DNA of 41,359 bases from Sulfurimonadaceae bacterium (GTDB lineage Bacteria; Campylobacterota; Campylobacteria; Campylobacterales; Sulfurimonadaceae). Both the position numbers and the translations under genes were made by a program. The stretch covers positions 1-41,359 of the forward strand of contig JBFESZ010000006.1 of the NCBI GenBank assembly GCA_041548245.1, given 5' to 3'. A model generated the notes under the pieces. That model was not told the origin of the DNA, did not search any database, and saw only the letters and a program-made list of their open reading frames with translations. This document shows, piece after piece, positions 37,453-41,359 of this stretch (positions are counted from its first letter, which is position 1; each line of letters begins with the position of its first letter).

Positions 37453-38093
37453 TGCAAGAACGAATGACCGCTATGAAAAATGCCAGACTTGCCGAAGAGA
37501 TAAATAGCAGATTCGCACTCAGCGATGCTGTTCTAAAGGCTATTGCTTCAACGAACAGAGAAGCTTTTGTACCGGCAGGATTTCGTCACAATGCGTATAA
37601 GCTTGATGCCCTGCCTATAGGTGCGAACCAATGGATCTCCTCACCCCTTACCGTTGCAAAGATGAGTGAATATCTTTTTCCCCAAGGCGCTGACTCAGTA
37701 CTCGAGATTGGTTGTGGAAGCGGTTATCAAGCAGCTGTCCTCTCCAAACTCTTTCGTCGTGTCTTCACTATTGAGCGTATTGAACCATTGATGATCGAAG
37801 CAAAACAACGTTTTAGAGCTTTGAATATCTCAAATATTCACACGCGTACTGATGATGGCCAAGGCGGATGGATACAATATGCCCCCTATGACCGTATACT
37901 CTTCTCAGCATCGGCAACCCAGATTCCCCAAAAACTAATTGATCAGCTTGCTCCCGATGGTATTATCGTCGCTCCAATGGAAAAGAACGGAAAACAGGTC
38001 ATAACCCGCTTTAGAAAACACGGAAGCTCATTGCAGGCTGAAGAGCTGGAAGAGTGTGAGTTTGTACCTGTTTTAAATGGAGTACAAAAATGA
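37452..38093 (+). CDS. pcm: Protein-L-isoaspartate O-methyltransferase
   Basis: REAFVP..AY..ALPI..Q.IS.P, VLEIGCGSGYQAAVL, APYDRI, FVP. Confidence 0.95.
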   Translation: MQERMTAMKNARLAEEINSRFALSDAVLKAIASTNREAFVPAGFRHNAYKLDALPIGANQWISSPLTVAKMSEYLFPQGADSVLEIGCGSGYQAAVLSKLFRRVFTIERIEPLMIEAKQRFRALNISNIHTRTDDGQGGWIQYAPYDRILFSASATQIPQKLIDQLAPDGIIVAPMEKNGKQVITRFRKHGSSLQAEELEECEFVPVLNGVQK

Positions 38094-38112
38094 AAAGGAC
38101 TTCAAAAGAATA

Positions 38113-38727
38113 ATGGAAAAAGATATCGGTAAGATCTGGGACGAAAAGTTCTCCCGTGAGGGATATTTTTACGGTTTTGAACCCAATGTTTTTATCGCAT
38201 CGAAAATCGACCTCTTAACGCCCAAAGGGAGCATTCTTTGCTTGGGCGAGGGAGAGGGCAGGAATGCTGTATATCTTGCTTCAAAAGGGTTTGATGTCAC
38301 CGCATTGGATGCCTCTGCCATTGGAATGAGTAAAGCACTGATGTTGGCTCAGAAAAAAGGCGTCAGCTTTAAAGCACAACTACTTGATCTCGAGCAGTGG
38401 GAACCGCAAGAGTCTTATGACGGCATCGTGACCTCATACCTTCATCTTGAGGAACCTCTACGAACACAATCCTTTCAAAAAGCGATCAAAGCGCTTAATC
38501 CAAAAGGGTACTTTATCGGTGAATTTTTCTCTCTCAACCAGATGCCAAGAAAAAGCGGTGGGCCAAAAAATCCTTCTCTGCTTTATACGCTTGATTCACT
38601 AAAAGAGATCTTTTCAATAGATCAATGTGAGATACTGTATTTGCAAGAGTGTGATGTTCCTCTGAATGAGGGCTCAGGTCATCAAGGGGATGCCCTTGTT
38701 ATTCGTATTATTGTTCAAAAGAACTAA
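38113..38727 (+). CDS. Class I SAM-dependent methyltransferase (TehB-like)
   Basis: WDEKF..YFYG.EPN, LCLGEGEGRNAVYLA and SGGP motifs; start likely ATG 38113 (track gives 38077). Confidence 0.85.
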   Translation: MEKDIGKIWDEKFSREGYFYGFEPNVFIASKIDLLTPKGSILCLGEGEGRNAVYLASKGFDVTALDASAIGMSKALMLAQKKGVSFKAQLLDLEQWEPQESYDGIVTSYLHLEEPLRTQSFQKAIKALNPKGYFIGEFFSLNQMPRKSGGPKNPSLLYTLDSLKEIFSIDQCEILYLQECDVPLNEGSGHQGDALVIRIIVQKN

Positions 38728-38737
38728 ATACTGCGTC

Positions 38738-39184
38738 GTGAATAAACCAAAAAATCAATCTGTCAAAGCACCGACCCACTTCGAATACCGGTTTAGAGTG
38801 AATGAAAAACCCGAAAACTATATTCGTCACGTCAACAACTTACGTTACCTCGAATGGTTTGTTGATGTTGCCATCAAACATGCTGATATACTCGGCTGGG
38901 GAATCCCTGAGTGCAAAAAGATGAATCTTGCATGGGTTGCAAAATCACATACTATCGAATATATCTCACCTGCCTATCAAAATGACGAGCTTCTCATCAG
39001 AACATGGATCGAAAAGGTCAATGCCACCAGGATAACACGATGTTATGAATGCAAACGGACAACTGATGAAAAGATAATTGCCAAAGCATCTACCGTATGG
39101 GTCATAGTCGATTATGGCAGCGGAAAGCCCAAAACCTTCCCCAAAGAACTAAAAACAAAGTTCGAGGAGTTATCTAATTCTTGA
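38738..39184 (+). CDS. Acyl-CoA thioesterase (4HBT/YbgC-like hotdog fold)
   Basis: HVNNLRYLEW, WV.KSH.IEY..PA, TWI and A.T.WV.VD..GKP motifs; start uncertain (GTG 38738 chosen; track gives 38666). Confidence 0.8.
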   Translation: MNKPKNQSVKAPTHFEYRFRVNEKPENYIRHVNNLRYLEWFVDVAIKHADILGWGIPECKKMNLAWVAKSHTIEYISPAYQNDELLIRTWIEKVNATRITRCYECKRTTDEKIIAKASTVWVIVDYGSGKPKTFPKELKTKFEELSNS

Positions 39185-40016
39185 TTTTCTTAGAAGCATT
39201 ATAAGCATTTTTAACACGCAATGCAGCCTTCATAAAAACAGCCTCGTCCATCCCCAGTTCCCGAACCAAGACACAAGCCTTCTCTAGGTTATCTTCACTC
39301 ATAAACCCTTTGATATTGACAGCTTGTCTTATGATATCCAGTATATGTATATCTAACGGATCGACCTCCTCATCTTCAACATCAAAATCCAAACACTTCA
39401 TGATATCAATATAACGTCTTGAAAAGTTCCAATGCTCAAAAAGCATTCCGCCAACATAATAAGAAGTCGTCTCTGAATATTTATATTCGACCTCCTCCAT
39501 ATTTTTTGCCGCGTAGATCTCCTCGGTAAAAAGATGAAGATAATCGCTTGAAGCCATCTCCTGAGCGAAGATGACCTTTCCTGTCTCCATAATCAAAGCC
39601 AAAGGCACCAGGACTTGAGCCCGTTTGATATCAACACTCATATACCATTGAAAAAGTAGAGCTGCTTGCAGATGACCCATATCATTAAACTTCTCATTGC
39701 TGATGCCATAAGCACTCATATCAACTCTCATATGATCTTTCATGACAATGGCAAGGATAAAACCCTTGACAATACGTATACCGAAAAGCGTAAGGGCCTG
39801 TGCTACGGAGGTAATCTTGTTGCTGAACCTAAACTTTGGGTCGTTTATCATCGCCAAGATGTCTGCTGTTAACAAGGTATCATCTTCTATTAGACGCGTT
39901 AGTTTTCGAAGATCAATGTGATCTTCGTCCTCTGCATACAGCTTAAGTATCTTTTGTGCAGAGTCTGATAACGGAGGTAAGGTATCAATACGTTTTACCA
40001 GTGCTTCAAACAACAT
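39174..40016 (-). CDS. HDOD domain protein
   Basis: LPPL, IEDD.LLTA.IL...N, I.SV.QAL.LFG, GK and LFEHWNF motifs. Confidence 0.88.
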   Translation of the reverse strand: MLFEALVKRIDTLPPLSDSAQKILKLYAEDEDHIDLRKLTRLIEDDTLLTADILAMINDPKFRFSNKITSVAQALTLFGIRIVKGFILAIVMKDHMRVDMSAYGISNEKFNDMGHLQAALLFQWYMSVDIKRAQVLVPLALIMETGKVIFAQEMASSDYLHLFTEEIYAAKNMEEVEYKYSETTSYYVGGMLFEHWNFSRRYIDIMKCLDFDVEDEEVDPLDIHILDIIRQAVNIKGFMSEDNLEKACVLVRELGMDEAVFMKAALRVKNAYNASKKIKN

Positions 40017-40183
40017 AACAAACCTTTGTATATGAATACAATATCATCTCCCAATTCGATTGAAATAGATATTAAAGGCTGAAATATATTTATGTTTTAT
40101 AAGAAAACTTTATTAAAAATGAAAATTTTAGGATAGAATACTTTATTAAGAACTCTATTCACTTAACTATCTGGGATGGAAAA

Positions 40184-40585
40184 ATGTTTAAGCTACCGTT
40201 GACACGCTTGAGAAAAACAGGTCTTTTCACATTGATCATTTTATTTTTATTAACCGGTCTTAACCAGTTCAACCACCCGGATTTTTACGTCTCTCACGTC
40301 CCGCCCTATCTTCCTCTGAGCCATGAGCTTGCCTATATTAGTGGTTTGGTCCAAATTACAGGTGCATTGGCCCTGCTTTTTTCAAAAACACGTAAAATTG
40401 CTGGATACCTGCTTATACTCTTTTTAATAGCAATTCTTCCTGCCAATATTCAGATGGCCATGCAACCTGATGCCTCACACTGCAGTCCTGTTTTGGTCTA
40501 TGCACGAATCCCGCTTGAGATATTGATGATCCTGTGGGTATATTGGGCCGCGTTGCGTAAAAAGGCTATCGGTTACACTTTATAA
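40184..40585 (+). CDS. DoxX-like membrane protein
   Basis: Four TM segments; VPPYLP, ISG..I.G, PANI.MA and RIPL motifs. Confidence 0.8.
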   Translation: MFKLPLTRLRKTGLFTLIILFLLTGLNQFNHPDFYVSHVPPYLPLSHELAYISGLVQITGALALLFSKTRKIAGYLLILFLIAILPANIQMAMQPDASHCSPVLVYARIPLEILMILWVYWAALRKKAIGYTL

Positions 40586-40635
40586 CAGAGTATAATCACG
40601 AAAAAATAATCTTTGATTCCCAATAGGATCCATTT

Positions 40636-41100
40636 GTGAAATCTATACTCTTCGTATGCCTAGGTAATATCTGTCGCTCTCCACTTGCCCAGGGAATAGC
40701 CGAAAAAATCATCAATGAAAAAGGGCTTGACATCCATATCGACTCAGCAGGAACCGGTAACTGGCATATTGGTGAACCACCCTGTGAAAATTCCATTAAA
40801 GTGGCTCGTTTAAATGGTATTGACATCTCCGAACAAAGGGGTAGACAAGTCAAAGTCGAAGACTTTAAACAGTTTGATCTTATTGTCGCACTTGATCAAA
40901 GCAATGTTGCGAACTTGAAAGCAATAGGAACTGGCAATATAGTAAAACTTGGGTATTTTGGTCACCAAAATGAAGATGTCCCCGACCCCTTTTTCTTTCC
41001 AGGCTTTGAAGGCTTTGACAGAGTGTTTAAAATGATAGAAAGCTGTGTCATCCGATTGATAGAAGAGAGAATATCTCCGCGAGATAACGACAATGCTTAG
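40636..41100 (+). CDS. Low-molecular-weight protein-tyrosine phosphatase
   Basis: FVCLGNICRSP (CX5R), DSAGT and VPDP motifs. Confidence 0.93.
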   Translation: MKSILFVCLGNICRSPLAQGIAEKIINEKGLDIHIDSAGTGNWHIGEPPCENSIKVARLNGIDISEQRGRQVKVEDFKQFDLIVALDQSNVANLKAIGTGNIVKLGYFGHQNEDVPDPFFFPGFEGFDRVFKMIESCVIRLIEERISPRDNDNA

Positions 41101-41359
41101 ACCGCTTCTTTTCTGTTTAGCAATCACGCTGACGCTCAACGCGGGACATATCAACAAGGAAAAGATATATCAGGAGCACTTTTGCACTCACTTTGGCGGA
41201 ATGATGGAGTACAGGCTCAAAGACAACACACGGGTAGATTGTCTATTGGAGGAATATGCCATCGAAGTCGATTTTGCACAAAAATGGGCAGAAAGTATAG
41301 GCCAATCACTCTATTACGCATCGCAAACTGAACGTAGGGCTGCCGTACTGTTAATCATC
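41093..41359 (+). CDS. Putative secreted protein with PD-(D/E)XK-like motifs; partial, runs off the window
   Basis: Not in the ORF track. Open from ATG 41093 to the edge: MLRPLLFCLAITLTLNAGHINKEKIYQEHFCTHFGGMMEYRLKDNTRVDCLLEEYAIEVDFAQKWAESIGQSLYYASQTERRAAVLLII. Confidence 0.8.
   Translation, partial: MLRPLLFCLAITLTLNAGHINKEKIYQEHFCTHFGGMMEYRLKDNTRVDCLLEEYAIEVDFAQKWAESIGQSLYYASQTERRAAVLLII

Noticed and set aside
1-41359. CRISPR arrays, tRNA/rRNA, IS elements, prophage or defence islands
   Set aside because: I saw no regularly spaced repeats, tRNA-like arms, transposase/integrase or phage genes by manual reading.

Overview
A 41.4 kb chromosomal window from a Campylobacterota (Epsilonproteobacteria) bacterium, probably Sulfurimonas- or Sulfurovum-like. 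This assignment is inferred from gene content and order (rnj-rsmA/hisF-PNP-rlmN, rluA/purB-nrdA, nrdB-CN hydrolase-pcm, desulforubrerythrin). It is mostly housekeeping DNA: partial single-chain pyruvate:ferredoxin oxidoreductase (nifJ), the modABC molybdate transporter with a ModE-like operator, rarA, RNA modification and turnover genes, kdsD, a DUF748 protein, a peroxide-defence pair (desulforubrerythrin and cytochrome c peroxidase), an OlsF-type ornithine-lipid acyltransferase, purB, a split class Ia nrdA/nrdB, typA and selO. Two perfect parS palindromes suggest the locus is near the origin. I saw no rRNA, tRNA, CRISPR array, transposase or prophage. The most interesting signals are missing from the ORF track: (i) a ~160 nt highly structured, GGA-rich leader RNA with alternative folds in front of an unannotated 58-aa ORF (30199-30545, minus strand); (ii) a Pho-box-like 11-bp periodic array in front of olsF; (iii) further unannotated small proteins with strong RBSs (41 aa, and a 34-aa single-TM peptide); (iv) a signal-peptide-bearing nuclease-fold ORF at the right edge. 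All calls were made by eye, without database searches.
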